From Spirogloea muscicola (lineage: Eukaryota), in contig WELB01000019.1 in assembly GCA_009602725.1 (NCBI GenBank), positions 927,438 through 991,437 on the forward strand: 64,000 nt of DNA. Reading direction: 5' to 3'. Positions within the stretch are counted from its first letter, which is position 1; every line of letters starts with the position of its first letter. The translations under genes and the position numbers were made by a program. The notes beneath the pieces were generated by a model. That model ran no database searches, was not told the DNA's origin, and saw only the letters and a program-made list of their open reading frames with translations. Below are positions 1 through 11,595 of the stretch, one piece after another.

Positions 1-37
1 CCCGCCCGCCCTCCCTTCCCTGCCCCTCTCTGCGCAG

Positions 38-1266
38 GGCATCCGCGTGGCGGAGGAGCTATTCGCATGCCCGCAGGTGGCGGTGTTCGATACGGCGTTC
101 CATGCAACGCTGCCCCCGGCGGCGTACATGTATGCACTGCCATACAGCCTGTACGAGGAGCTCGGGCTCCGGCGCTACGGGATGCACGGCACGAGCTTCG
201 CCTACCTGCTCGGAGAGGCCGCGCGCATGCTCGGCCGCTCGCCCGACACCGTCGACCTCATCGCAGCGCACCTCGGCGCTGGCGCCAGCATGGCCGTCAT
301 TAAGGCGGTTGGTCCAATCTCTTGTGCTTGTATAGTAACCCCGATAACTTTGTGATTATGGTCAAGAACTTGCAATCTAAATAGACCTCAGAAGTTAGTG
401 AGTCATGGCCGATGGCCCATAACTTAGCCCATGGTAGCGTGACTGAGGGAGGCACTGATGGCGCTGCGTCCGACCACGGCAAACATGACAATGTAGCTCA
501 GGCAGCAGCAGCTGCGCGTGCACCGGGTGGGGCACAGGGCCGGTGCGTGGACACGTCCATGGGCGTGACGCCGCTGGAGGGCCTCGCGATGGCGACGCGG
601 TGCGGCGACATCGACCCTGCTATTCCTGGCATCCTCGCCACCCAGGTCTGACCGCGCAGCTACTGCCAACCTCCCCTCTCCTCTCCTCCCTCTATACCTC
701 TTCTCAGCGATCCATGAGTACGGACGTGAGTTGGTCATAGCTGAGGTGCCAACGTACTGATACACGGCGACAACGGCAACGAGCTGGAGTTGCTGAAGGA
801 CGGTGCCACCTTATGTTGCCGGCCATGGCAGCACGGCATGAAGCTGGACGCACTCGACCGCATGCTCAACAAGGAGAGCGGCCTCTACGGGCTATGCGGC
901 GAGAAGGACATGCGTACAATCGTGGCGCGCTCTGAGGCTGGCGACACCCGTGCTGCGCTGGCCCTCGACGTTTTTGTCCACCGCGCACGCAAGTACCTCG
1001 GTGCCTACCTCGCCACGCTTGGCGGGCCGCCGCACGCGCTCGTCTTCTCGGCGGGCATCGGCGAGCGCTCCGCCGTCGTGCGCTCGCGTATCTGCGCTGG
1101 CCTCTCGCGCCTCGGCATTGAGCTCGACGAGGGCGCGAACGCTGCGCCCGGGAGCAGCGCGCGCGAGGTCCACAGCGCCGCGTCGGCGTGCAAGATCCTC
1201 GTCATCCCCACCGACGAGGAGCTCTGCATTGCGCGCCAAGCGCTCACTGCCATCGAGGGCCAGTAA
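38..1266 (+). CDS. ACK: Acetate kinase, 3' part (exons ~38-307, 538-645, 832-1266); the 5' part lies outside the window
   Basis: Spliced translation has the acetate kinase motifs [74 protein letters not shown] and [12 protein letters not shown]; introns are GT-AG. Confidence 0.95.
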
Positions 1267-1622
1267 AGTGCCAGCCATTACCCAGCAGCAACTTACTGCA
1301 AAGCTCGAGCATCACTCCGTCTCTTCCCCTATTAATGTTAAGACTTGCATGATCGCTGGACTCCGGCCACGACTCATCTGCCAAGAGGCAGCAGCAAGCG
1401 GCCACCAGCGCAGCCATGACATCCCCAATGACCTTGCTGCTGCTGCCGGGCTTCCCGCTCATCAATGTCTTGCTTGATCCTGCCATTGCCATGGCTACCG
1501 AGACAATGCCCTCGCCCCTGCGGCACTTGGTCGCTGGTGCTCCAGTGACCAAATGCGATCGGAACTTGCCACCTGTCTCAAGCTGCGCAATACGTCTAGG
1601 CAGCCGAGGGCAGTGGCGGCGG

Positions 1623-3872
1623 CTACTCGCCGACCGTCATGCCAAAGCCAAACTTGTAGTCCTTCTTGACGTGATCAACCTGCGCCCTCCGCCACCCCGC
1701 CACCCCGCCACCCTGGATTAGAATGAGCTCAACGAGGAGTACTGCCGCCCCTTGATTGCGGCGGCAATGTGAGGTCCACATGCGCCCACACCTCGGCAGA
1801 AAGTAGGAAGGTGACGCCGACGTTGAGCCGCTCCTCCAGGAATGCGGCGACGACGCCAGCAGTGTCCACACGCCCACGGAGCCGGCACTGCCCGCAAAAC
1901 CATGCCGCCGGCTCAGCCGCAGCCGGCGGCGCCTTGGTGCCTGAGAGGTGCCAACTTTGGAGCACCTGGGCGATGTCACGCACCTGACGCAAGATGTAGT
2001 CGTAGCCGACACTCGTCGTCGCCTCCTTGGTGTTCCAGTTGTACGTGAAGTCCGAGGCCAGCGCCACCTGGGCGCCACCCATGGTTTGGGCAACGGTCAT
2101 CAGCTTTGCTGAGTCCTTGGTTGCCGGCCCCCTTGATGTCGATCAATTGAAGGTAACCTATTAAGGGACATGCATTTGTGTCGAGGCCTTACCTTCTCCG
2201 AGACCTTCTGGACATACGTCAGCGCCACTAGGCCCGTGCTCGCCACCTGCCCAGTCGCAATCTGTGCCGCCACCGGCCCCCACCCCCGCTGCATTAGTCT
2301 CAGCGTGCAAACAACCTCGTGGCGCGCAGACAATAGTGACCACATGTAGAGGTCTATCTTCGAAGCCAAGGATAAGCGCCACTCACCGACTTGTCACTGG
2401 CGTGCCGCGCTGCAAATCCGACGCCGGATTTGCGCTGATGTCCCAGCCAGAAGGCCTCCCCGCCCAGTGCCAGCGTCGGCGTCACGCTCTGCAAGGGCAC
2501 GGTGAAGCGGGCGGACGGCTTTCGCCAGTCAGAGCAACACAGCCGAAACGGCAGAGGCAAGCGCCAGGTAAGGTGCACGCTGCCCACACGACGAGCGTCG
2601 CTACATGAGTGCTTGTCGGCAGTCAGCTGGGCAGCATAGAGACCTGTATGTAATTGAAGCCGTAGAAGGCATTGTTGCCAAGCTGCAGCTGCGCTTGGTA
2701 GTCCCATCCCTGCGACACGCCTGGCCACCGGCGGTCAGGCCCGGCGACCATGCAAGCGCTTCGGAGCATGAGCTACATCGGCAAGCATTCACGTGGCTGG
2801 GTGGTGGCGGTAGCGGCCCAGAGGGAAGCGCGCACCTTGTAGTCGAACTGGAACATGGCCTGTGAGAAGTGGGGTTCGCTGACGAGCTGCGCGGGCGGCC
2901 ATGCAATGGCAACGGCGTCAGCACTAGCAGCCTCCCGCATGATTGCACCATGACGTGATGACCAAAAAGCGGCGTGAAGATCTCACGACGACGATTCCGC
3001 AAGGGGCAGGCGAGCCGCAGCAGGCATTGGCGGCGGCCATGGTGGAGGAGGGCCGACCTGGGCGTTGATCTTGAGCGAGAGATGGTCGGTGACGTCGTAC
3101 TTAACGCGCGCGCTCATGCGACCATCGGTGAGGATGCGCCCGATGAGCATCATCTGGCAATGCCCACACGGTCATCGTTGCAAGCAGGGCGGCCATGAGG
3201 GCGCAGCCAACGTGACGCGACAGTCGGGGGGGGAGCGCCGGAGGCGCTGCCCAGGTGATCGTGGGCGCTGCGCTCACCCGCGAGTCAATGAGGTTGGGCC
3301 CGAACTCGTAGTGCGCCGACGGGATCTTGATGATCTGCGACGTCTGCGACGGCACCTCCACCGAGCCCATGAAGAGCCTGCGGCAGTGGCATCGCCGGCA
3401 CTCCGCAGCGTCAACGCCAGTGGTCATGGGCCACGGCTTGCTGCCAGTACCGGCGGCGGCGGCCACGGCGGGGGGCTGAGCTGAGGAAGGTGCACCCATG
3501 GCTGAGCGAGAACTTCTGGTTCAGCGGCTTGGTGAAGTCGAAGCGCAGGCCCTCGAAGTGCTCCGGCTTCAGCGACACTGCGGCGGTCATGACCGACGGC
3601 AGCGACGGCGGTCAGCGACGGCGGCAGGCAGGCCATGCGAGCCGGCAGCGTCGCCGCCGCAGCGGCCGTCGTGGTACTCACTCAGGGCCTCGCGCTGCAT
3701 CTCCTCGTACTTGACGGGGCACGGCAGGTTGAGCCAGTCCACACGCGGCTCGTCGTCCGCCATGGCCTTCTCCAGCGCCGACGGCGGCGGCAGGGGCAGC
3801 GGCGGCTGCTGCGGCTGCGGCTGCGGCGGCGGCGGCAGCGGCACGGGCAGGCTCCCGACCAGCGGGGGCGCC
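1623..3872 (-). CDS. TOM40: Mitochondrial import channel TOM40, 11 visible exons; start codon probably in the gap
   Basis: Exons join in frame: [20 protein letters not shown] / [26 protein letters not shown] / IPSAHYEFG / [16 protein letters not shown] / [10 protein letters not shown] / CRLRGRVD / [17 protein letters not shown], typical of plant TOM40. Confidence 0.95.
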
Positions 3873-4586
3873 NNNNNNNNNNNNNNNNNNNNNNNNNNNN
3901 NNNNNNNNNNNNNNNNNNNNNNNNNNNNNNNNNNNNNNNNNNNNNNNNNNNNNNNNNNNNNNNNNNNNNNNNNNNNNNNNNNNNNNNNNNNNNNNNNNNN
4001 NNNNNNNNNNNNNNNNNNNNNNNNNNNNNNNNNNNNNNNNNNNNNNNNNNNNNNNNNNNNNNNNNNNNNNNNNNNNNNNNNNNNNNNNNNNNNNNNNNNN
4101 NNNNNNNNNNNNNNNNNNNNNNNNNNNNNNNNNNNNNNNNNNNNNNNNNNNNNNNNNNNNNNNNNNNNNNNNNNNNNNNNNNNNNNNNNNNNNNNNNNNN
4201 NNNNNNNNNNNNNNNNNNNNNNNNNNNNNNNNNNNNNNNNNNNNNNNNNNNNNNNNNNNNNNNNNNNNNNNNNNNNNNNNNNNNNNNNNNNNNNNNNNNN
4301 NNNNNNNNNNNNNNNNNNNNNNNNNNNNNNNNNNNNNNNNNNNNNNNNNNNNNNNNNNNNNNNNNNNNNNNNNNNNNNNNNNNNNNNNNNNNNNNNNNNN
4401 NNNNNNNNNNNNNNNNNNNNNNNNNNNNNNNNNNNNNNNNNNNNNNNNNNNNNNNNNNNNNNNNNNNNNNNNNNNNNNNNNNNNNNNNNNNNNNNNNNNN
4501 NNNNNNNNNNNNNNNNNNNNNNNNNNNNNNNNNNNNNNNNNNNNNNNNNNNNNNNNNNNNNNNNNNNNNNNNNNNNNNNNNNNNNG

Positions 4587-7500
4587 GCGGCCTCGGGCGC
4601 CCCGCGCCGCGGCGCCGGCCGACGACGGCGGCGGCAACGCGGTGAGACGGCTCGTGGCGGCGCCACCTATCGCCGGCTCGTCCCGGAGCTTCGCCTGGCA
4701 TCGCTTCCCTTCGCACGTCGGCCGATCTGTCGACGCACATCGCCATTGATGGTTCACGGACGATGGAGGACTGATCAGCTTCTATGGCGGCAGGCCCCTG
4801 CTGAGGCTGGCCAGGAGAAGGAGGACCTGGCAGCGAAGGTGAGCTCCGGTGGTACTCACTCGGCTCGCCGGGCGTCCTCGGCGCGTCGCTGTGCGGTGGC
4901 TCTGCTGGCAGCTGCACCGCAATTAGGAGCAAAGTTGTTAGCAGAAATCATCGGTGGTCGAGCATGTTGGCGCAGCTGGCTGCCGCGGAGGCCGAGGCCA
5001 GCGCGCTGAGGCTGGAGCTCGCGGCCAGGCGCGCCGAGCGGCTGGGCGAGCTCCCCAAGGCCAAGGCCGCTAAGAGCGCAAAGCGCATCGACGGCACGGG
5101 GTACCGGGAGACGATGAGCTTCGGGCCCAACAAGATGACTGGTGAGCTGTGCCCACCGAAGATCCACCGCTACGTCGTCCTCCTTAGCAAGTCATAGCTG
5201 TTGCAGGGGACACAGGGAGCGCAGACGTGCACTGTAATACTCGCCCCCTATTGTCCCTTGTCTTCTTTCCAGCATACAAAGTTCAAATTTGTTATGATAT
5301 TGACGATCAAAGCTTGGTTTGCCCATGTCAGCCAGACATAGCCAGAGAGGCGAGCTCCATGCACAATTTGTTGGTCATTTAGCTTACATGACAATTTATA
5401 GACGACCAAAGAGGAGTTGTAGCTGCATGTGTTTTGCTCCTTACATCACAGCACTTCATAGTACCAGAATGATACATAATATACTCTGATATCCAGATTT
5501 GCCAGGCTGCTCGGAGCCCCTGGTGTAGGCTTACGTAGGCTTGTAGCTAAATCTCATTTCACGAAGAAGCTGACTACAAACACAAGTACAGTGCTCACAA
5601 GTACAATGGCAGCTCACTACAGTCCATGCCATGTGCAGTGCAGGTAGGCCCGATCAGCAGGCCGACAAGTGGGGTCTGACGGAGAGCCGCATGTTCCTGG
5701 ACAAGGGGGGGCTCTCGGAGCTCCTGGGCGGCCCGCCGCAGGAGGAGGGTGCCGAGGCCGTTGTACGTCGCCGGCTGCTCATTGGCCTTGGGCTCACGGC
5801 TGCGGCAGCCGTGCTCGCCTTCGTGAGTGAATGTGCACTCAGTTACTGGAAGATGCACTCCTTAGCTAAGTAGCACTGTAATATAAGTTGGCGACGGTTG
5901 ATGCGGTGATGAGGAGTAACAAGCTTCACTTGCGTGTCAGTCAACGTCGATCTGGCGGCTGAGGCGTGCTAGCGTTTCGGCTCGCAGCTCAAGCTCCCGG
6001 CGCTGCTGACGCGGCCCTCGAAGCCGCTGTTCTTCTACCTGGTGCCTGTCGTCCAGCTCGAGGCCACCCTCAAGTCCCTCTTCTCCTCTGCAACAGGTTC
6101 CACGTCTTTGTCTTGACAGCCATTAGCTGCAGAACCCCTCAATATCTGACGATTGTAGCCTCGTGCAAGGGGGGAGTGCTCTGGCCTCCATCTGCATGTG
6201 TCCTGGCAAAGCATGACATACCTGCCTTTGGCGCTTTAACCATCTATGTGTGTGCCAGCATTAGCTAGTTGGGTTGACGCTATGCCGCCTTGTTTTTGAC
6301 TCACCGAGCTTGTGGCAGATGCCAGTGCTGTCAGGTCGCGCTTACAGGCTGCCATTGGTGAACCTGGCTCCCTCAAAGAAAATTTACTGAGGTTGTGCAC
6401 GATCCTTACTTCACTCTCCATCCAGAGTAGAGCTTTTGTGCAGGATTGGAATGCAGGCTGCTATCATAGCTCGTCATCTCCTGTGGTCCTTAGCATGGCT
6501 GCTGATAGCATACAATGCTGTACTGCAATGCTGTACTGAATGAATTGGCCCTGCCTGACTCAGTGTTCGTCTCTATGAACAGTGCCTCTGCTCTCTTGGA
6601 GGGCAGTGATAGCGACAAGGCAACCAGTCTTAGTTTTGAGATTCTTGAGTATCTTGATCAGGTATACACTCGGTTACCTTGTTGCTGATTGCAACGAGCA
6701 CTATAACACTTCAAGCTAATCCAGACGTAAAGCCCATTGCATAATGATGGCTTGCTTGCGAATACACTTGCAGGTATGATACTATTCACAGTGATTCTTA
6801 CCATGTTCAATTTGCACTATCATGTGGGTTCTCTATATGCCTTACTTGTTACAATCTGCTGATGTCTGTCCATGCCATCGCAGGCGGATTTCAGCAAATA
6901 CTTCAGGAACCTTGGGGAGCCATCTGAGAAACAAAAGTGAGATCCAACAGCAAGTAGATATGTCTTTGAACGGATGTCCTTAATATTCAGCCTGCTGTTG
7001 ACCTGCTTGACCAGACTAGAAATCACATGTCGAGGTAAGACTGTCAGGTCAGGCTTTAGAAGAAGTGTCTGCGTCCACCGTCACAATCATTGTCTTGCAA
7101 TTTATCGATTCGTATAGCTTCTCCCAACCCTCACTTTCTACCTCCCTTAAGCTTCAGGTTGACCCATCTGCTTTTCTCTTCACAGGAAACAACTAACATT
7201 CATCACTGACAGCAAGGTCGAGGACCTGTTGTGTGATGCAGGTCTGAGTTTCTCAAATTCAGCACTTCCTCCATACAGGTATGTATTACAAGGGCATGCC
7301 AAGGCCGCTATGTGATTCCTAGGTGATCAACTCGTTCTATTATTGGACACCTATGACCAATCACAGTGCACTCTGCATTCACGTTTCTGGAAAGTATCTA
7401 CAAGCATTGTCTTTGTAGTGTAACTCCAGCACTTTTTGACTGTACAAGTGCAGATCTGTGCTTACTTCCAAAAACGATGGCGTCCAAGTCTGTGATCAAA

Positions 7501-7610
7501 CCCACCTTGTTGCCCCACTGCAGGCAACACTGAGCAAACTTAAGGAGTTTCTCAAGCTCATCCCGTCAGAGGCCCTGGATGCCGCGAGGCTGCAGCTGCC
7601 GGCCAATTGA
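4587..7610 (+). CDS. Hypothetical protein, probably chloroplast/thylakoid, with one transmembrane helix; multi-exon, 5' end uncertain
   Basis: In-frame GT-AG exons (..4838, 4976-5142, 5644-5823, ~5988-6096, ~6319-6391, ~6583-6661, ~6884-6936, ~7242-7278, ~7524-7610). Includes a coiled-coil, RIDGTGYRE, TM segment LLIGLGLTAAAAVLAF, KPLFFYLVPVVQL and a helical C-terminus ending ...LDAARLQLPAN*. Confidence 0.7.
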
Positions 7611-7685
7611 GCCATCACACTCTTTCCTGCGAAGATTCTATGACCGTCTCTTGATCGGACTACCTCGAAAAAACTGCCAGCTTGC

Positions 7686-8655
7686 TCAAGGGGCCTTCTG
7701 AGACAAGCTCGTCTTGAAGTCGCCTTCAGAGTGGACGGTGCCAAAGCCATATGCAATGTTTCGCAGAGTGGCTTTGTGGTACTCATCACTGAGCATTGCC
7801 GTTGCATCACCGGCAAAGAACACTCGGTAGCCCCGCACGGGTGCTGCTCTGGCTGACGTATCACAGCAGAGGTTGGTCATGACGCCACTGATGACAACCT
7901 CGTGAACTCCACGCTCCTGACCAATTTACCCCTGAATCCTCCATTATTGGATTGCTTACAAAATTTTAATTCTTAAGCAAGCCTTGGCACTGTAGCTGTA
8001 CAATGGTCGTCTCTGAGAGTCAGCATGTCTTTGCAGACAAGCCAAGCCATTTTTGTTAAGTAGACAAAGCACCGAAAAGCTGTCAAGAAGGGTCAGGTGA
8101 ACACTGGTCCCTCTTGCAATTTTGAAGTTGACATTGCTTACCAACTATCAAGATCGTTGCATTTTCAGCTAATATTACTTGCAATTGCGAACAGTCTTAA
8201 TGGGTGTACAGGCACATTGTCTAATGCTTGATTGAAGCTTTATGAAAGTGAAAGTCTACCGTAGATAGTCATAAGCAAAACGGAATGAGCACAGCTCACC
8301 TGCAGGATGCGGTCGAGGTCGGTGCCATAGAAGGCGTCGGACGTGTCCTTCCGGACGATGGAGTCGCCCGGCAGTCTCGGCACCTCCGGCAGCAGCTTAC
8401 CGTCAGGCGAGCCCTCGACGATGATCTGCGGCCACCACTCCCGCAGCATGTTCGAGCGACGGCCGCCATCTGACTCTGGGCTGTGCAGGTGCTGCGTGTG
8501 GACGACGAGCATGCCCACATGGCGTGCGGCGGCGACGTAACCCGCAAGTGGCTTCAGAACGGGCTCAGCAGATGCCCCGGAAGTGCTCCTGCATGTCGAT
8601 GACCAGCAGCGCGGCCGAGGGCCGGGTCGACGGCCGCCCGGCGCTGGCCCGCCAT
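7686..8655 (-). pseudogene. Isochorismatase/cysteine hydrolase family gene (plant nicotinamidase-2-like) with two apparent +1 frameshifts
   Basis: Motifs SAALLVIDMQEHF, VVHTQH, IVRKDTSDAFYGTDL and [17 protein letters not shown]; intron ~7918-8299. The frame changes at ~8620 (GAC CCG GCC C TCG GCC) and ~8571 (GGC ATC T GCT GAG). Confidence 0.8.
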
Positions 8656-8829
8656 GGCTGCGCTGCTCGAGCTGGTCGCCCAGCTTGCGGCAGCCTCCGC
8701 CGGGGTGTCGCCAGGAATTGCACGGCGGCCGCCACTGCTGTGTCACTCTGAGCCGAGGAGCCTCGTCGCGTGGCAGTCGCCGCAGCTGCGGCGCTCGAGT
8801 TACGCGGGATAGTCACTGACTTGCTCCCT

Positions 8830-9420
8830 GCTGAAAAGAAGAAGAAATAGCTCGCTCACAGAGAGGGGCTCTCTTAATTGAAGTACTGAGCTCTTCCAAG
8901 TAGAAACAGAGAGAAAGCGCGGCCCAATTGACTGGTTGCTGGAACAAGGTCTGAAGGACCCGGATGGCGCAGAAAGCAAGGTACCAAGTGCTAGAAGGCA
9001 GAGGCTGTAGATAGCCAGCCCAGACTGGATGGACGAGGTCAAAATGGGCCAAAGGCGCCTAAACCACACAGCTATGCAAGAGACTACAGCGATGTGAACT
9101 TAGTAACCCCGAGTTAGCAGCAGCAAGTCGGAGTAACTTGAAGCTGGAAAGAGGCACCCCGAGGAGACCCAAGAAGGGGCAAGGGCTGTGAACAGCCAGC
9201 CCGAAGCAAAGTGCCAAGGTGTGGAGGGGCCAACAAGCGCTTTCCCAAAGCTTTCCCGGGTAGGATGACCACTTTAGTGACCTCTAGTGACGAGCCGCAA
9301 TTCAGAAAGACTAGCAGCCGGCAAGCAATCCCCTTGGCGAAAGCCAGAGAAGCTGTGCAAGGTGGCCCCAGCTCGAGAAGGGTAGGAAGGGCGAGCTATA
9401 GGAATCGGAGAGTGTGTGGG
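8830..9420 (-). mobile_element. Two degenerate 3' ends of CRE-like RLE non-LTR retrotransposons
   Basis: Minus strand reads SDLLLLTRGY* (~9100-9133) and LRLVTRGH* (~9273-9300); GGGCTGGCTGTTCACAGCCC hairpin at ~9183-9202. Confidence 0.6.
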
Positions 9421-9589
9421 GTCAGAGCTAAGATCTAGGGCGCACTCAGCGCTAACCCCTCCTCTCTTCTCGCGCTCGTTTGTACCTCTGCCCTATGTTT
9501 TCTCCTGCTGCCTCTTACTTTGGCTGCGCTATCCTCCTGCTGCTAGTTTCCCCGACTTGTGTCTGTTGTTGGCAACTATTCGTGAGTGG

Positions 9590-10200
9590 TCTCTTGGTCT
9601 TTCGTCTTTCTCATCGACGCGTTCCAACCAGGGGCACCCATACCGACTGTGCCAGGTTGGGCGACACATCATGCGGAGAGGAAGAAGGAGAGGCACTAGA
9701 ATGACCACCCCCGGGGCGACCACTTCTTCCCAAGCGCCATGGACATACATGGCGGCTAGGAACGAAATGGTCTTCCCTCCTCCATCGCTTGGCACTGCAT
9801 GTCGACGGCCGCCAACGTAGTCGGGCGGGTAGCTTAGATCATTCTAGCGTCCCGCAAGCCATCGCTGCATGGTATAGAACGCGGCTATCATTGAGTCTAC
9901 AGCGCTCCCAGGCACTCGCAATACACCAGCGTGCTGGTCGTGCATTAGCCCAGGCTAATGGCTTCCATGGTGGTGGTTTGGCTCCTCAGTATAGCTTGTC
10001 AGATATGCATGTGTTCATTTCATGCGCACCGCGCACCTTCCGCCCCTCTGTGGGCTGGCTTCTCACATCCCTTGCCCCATTGGATCGCCACTTCTTTCAC
10101 AGCCCTGCCCCACTTCTGAGCTAGCGCTTGTGGCCCCTTTGGTTTGGCCCCTTCGAAACTTGTCAATGCTTGTCGGGCTGGCTTATCACAGCCCTTGCCC
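9590..10200 (+). mobile_element. Degenerate CRE-like retrotransposon fragment (RLE C-terminus and 3' UTR), family C
   Basis: Reads HHAERKKERH..DHPRGDHFFPSAMDIHGG and WYRTRLSLSLQRSQALAIHQRAGRAL with stops and frameshifts; 3' hairpin-like motifs at ~10051 and ~10176. Confidence 0.75.
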
Positions 10201-10210
10201 CCATCATTTT

Positions 10211-10965
10211 CTCACATGCTGAGATGCCCCACTGGACCAGAAGTGGTGGGCACTCACAACCTCCTTCACGATGCCCTGGCGGGCTTGATGCGCGACGCCG
10301 GCTACCGTGCTGTCGTGGAAGTCAACAATATCAGGCCTATCACTACGCCCAGGGACGTCGTCATCGCCGCTCACTTGACATTGTGGGCGTGCAACCTGGT
10401 GGAGGACCACGGGCCCCGGTCGACATTGTTATTGCGGAGGCATACAAAGGCCCAGCATCGACACACATCGCTGGGCATGCAGTAGGCGGTGCAGAACAAA
10501 GAAAACTGCAGCACTACTCCTATTACCCCCAATGCGATCAGCTCCTGCCTGCGGCAATTGACATCTTTGGCTGTCTGGGTCCTCGTTTCCACACTCTCCT
10601 TCAAAACATTGCCAATCTAGGCTACACTCGATGCAGATGTGTTTCCGGCTGAGATGGACTTGCCAGCTGCATATCTGTCGCTCTTGTGACGACGAGTTTC
10701 GGCCTGTTTGCAGCGTGCTCAGGCTAATGCCTTGCACCAGAAAGCTGGGCGAGCTCTAGTTGGTGGCAGAAGGGCCCCGTTTCAGGCATCTAGTGTTCAT
10801 GCATCGGTTAGTGACCTTTATGTTTTGACCCGTGGTTATTGAGCGGGTCAATCTGCTGTAGGTTATGTAGATCTATAGATGTGCTTGCCTTTGTACTTGG
10901 CCATCTGGCCTACATTAATTTATACGCGGAATTTTGATACATTGGGAGAGCCACTTTCTCTCTCT
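10211..10965 (+). mobile_element. 5'-truncated CRE-like RLE non-LTR retrotransposon, family A, frameshifted
   Basis: HMLRCPTGPE..HNLLHDAL..RRSLDIVG..VDIVIAE..AEQRKLQHY..PAAIDIFGCLG..RVSACLQRAQA..DLYVLTRGY* (stop 10840-10842); ends GGGAGAGCCACTTTCTCTCTC; homologous to 44110-45100. Confidence 0.85.
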
Positions 10966-11595
10966 TAACAGCCCTCGGCCCACTGCTGGTTAGCTTTAGG
11001 CCCCCTGGCACCAGTTCGAGCTTACCCAGGGGCCCCCTGCAGAGCATGGGCCTAAGCGCAGTGTCCGGAGTCCTAGAGTTTGCTGGCTTAATTTAAAGGT
11101 CAAGTTCAAGGCCTCAGTCAGCAGCTTCCGCACACTATCGGCGGCTATCGTGCAGGTTTCATTATTTCGCAGCCAACCCACAATTGTAGGTGTACTTGAG
11201 AGGCATTTGGCGCTATCATACACGCGCTCAGGCTGAATAAGCTGCCTCAGCAGCTGGCTGGACTTGTGGGCTTGCGGACAAGGGCGCTTCCAAAGGCACT
11301 CAGTGATCCCAAAAAAATGACAGCACCTTGACATGGCAAGCCAGCAGCAGTGACTCAGCTGGCTACCTTCTGGCCCGCAGTTGTATAAGTCTTTTTATGA
11401 TAAGCATTGGTCAGGTACATATAATGAGTGCTGAAACAATTTGAAGAATATGGCAAAAGTTAAGAAGGATAGCAAGAAGTAGCTCACAGGCATAACAAAG
11501 AGTGGCAAGATGTAACAAAAGTCATTTGCCCGCATTTGATGAAGACCTAGCTTTGCACAGCATGTTCTGCGCACCACGGCTCTCTGAGGCGTTGC

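Noticed and set aside
301..310. Apparent GC donor in the acetate kinase gene
   Set aside because: A GT donor 3 nt downstream gives the expected [12 protein letters not shown].
3498..5009. Long ORFs spanning N runs
   Set aside because: Artefacts of translating through assembly gaps.
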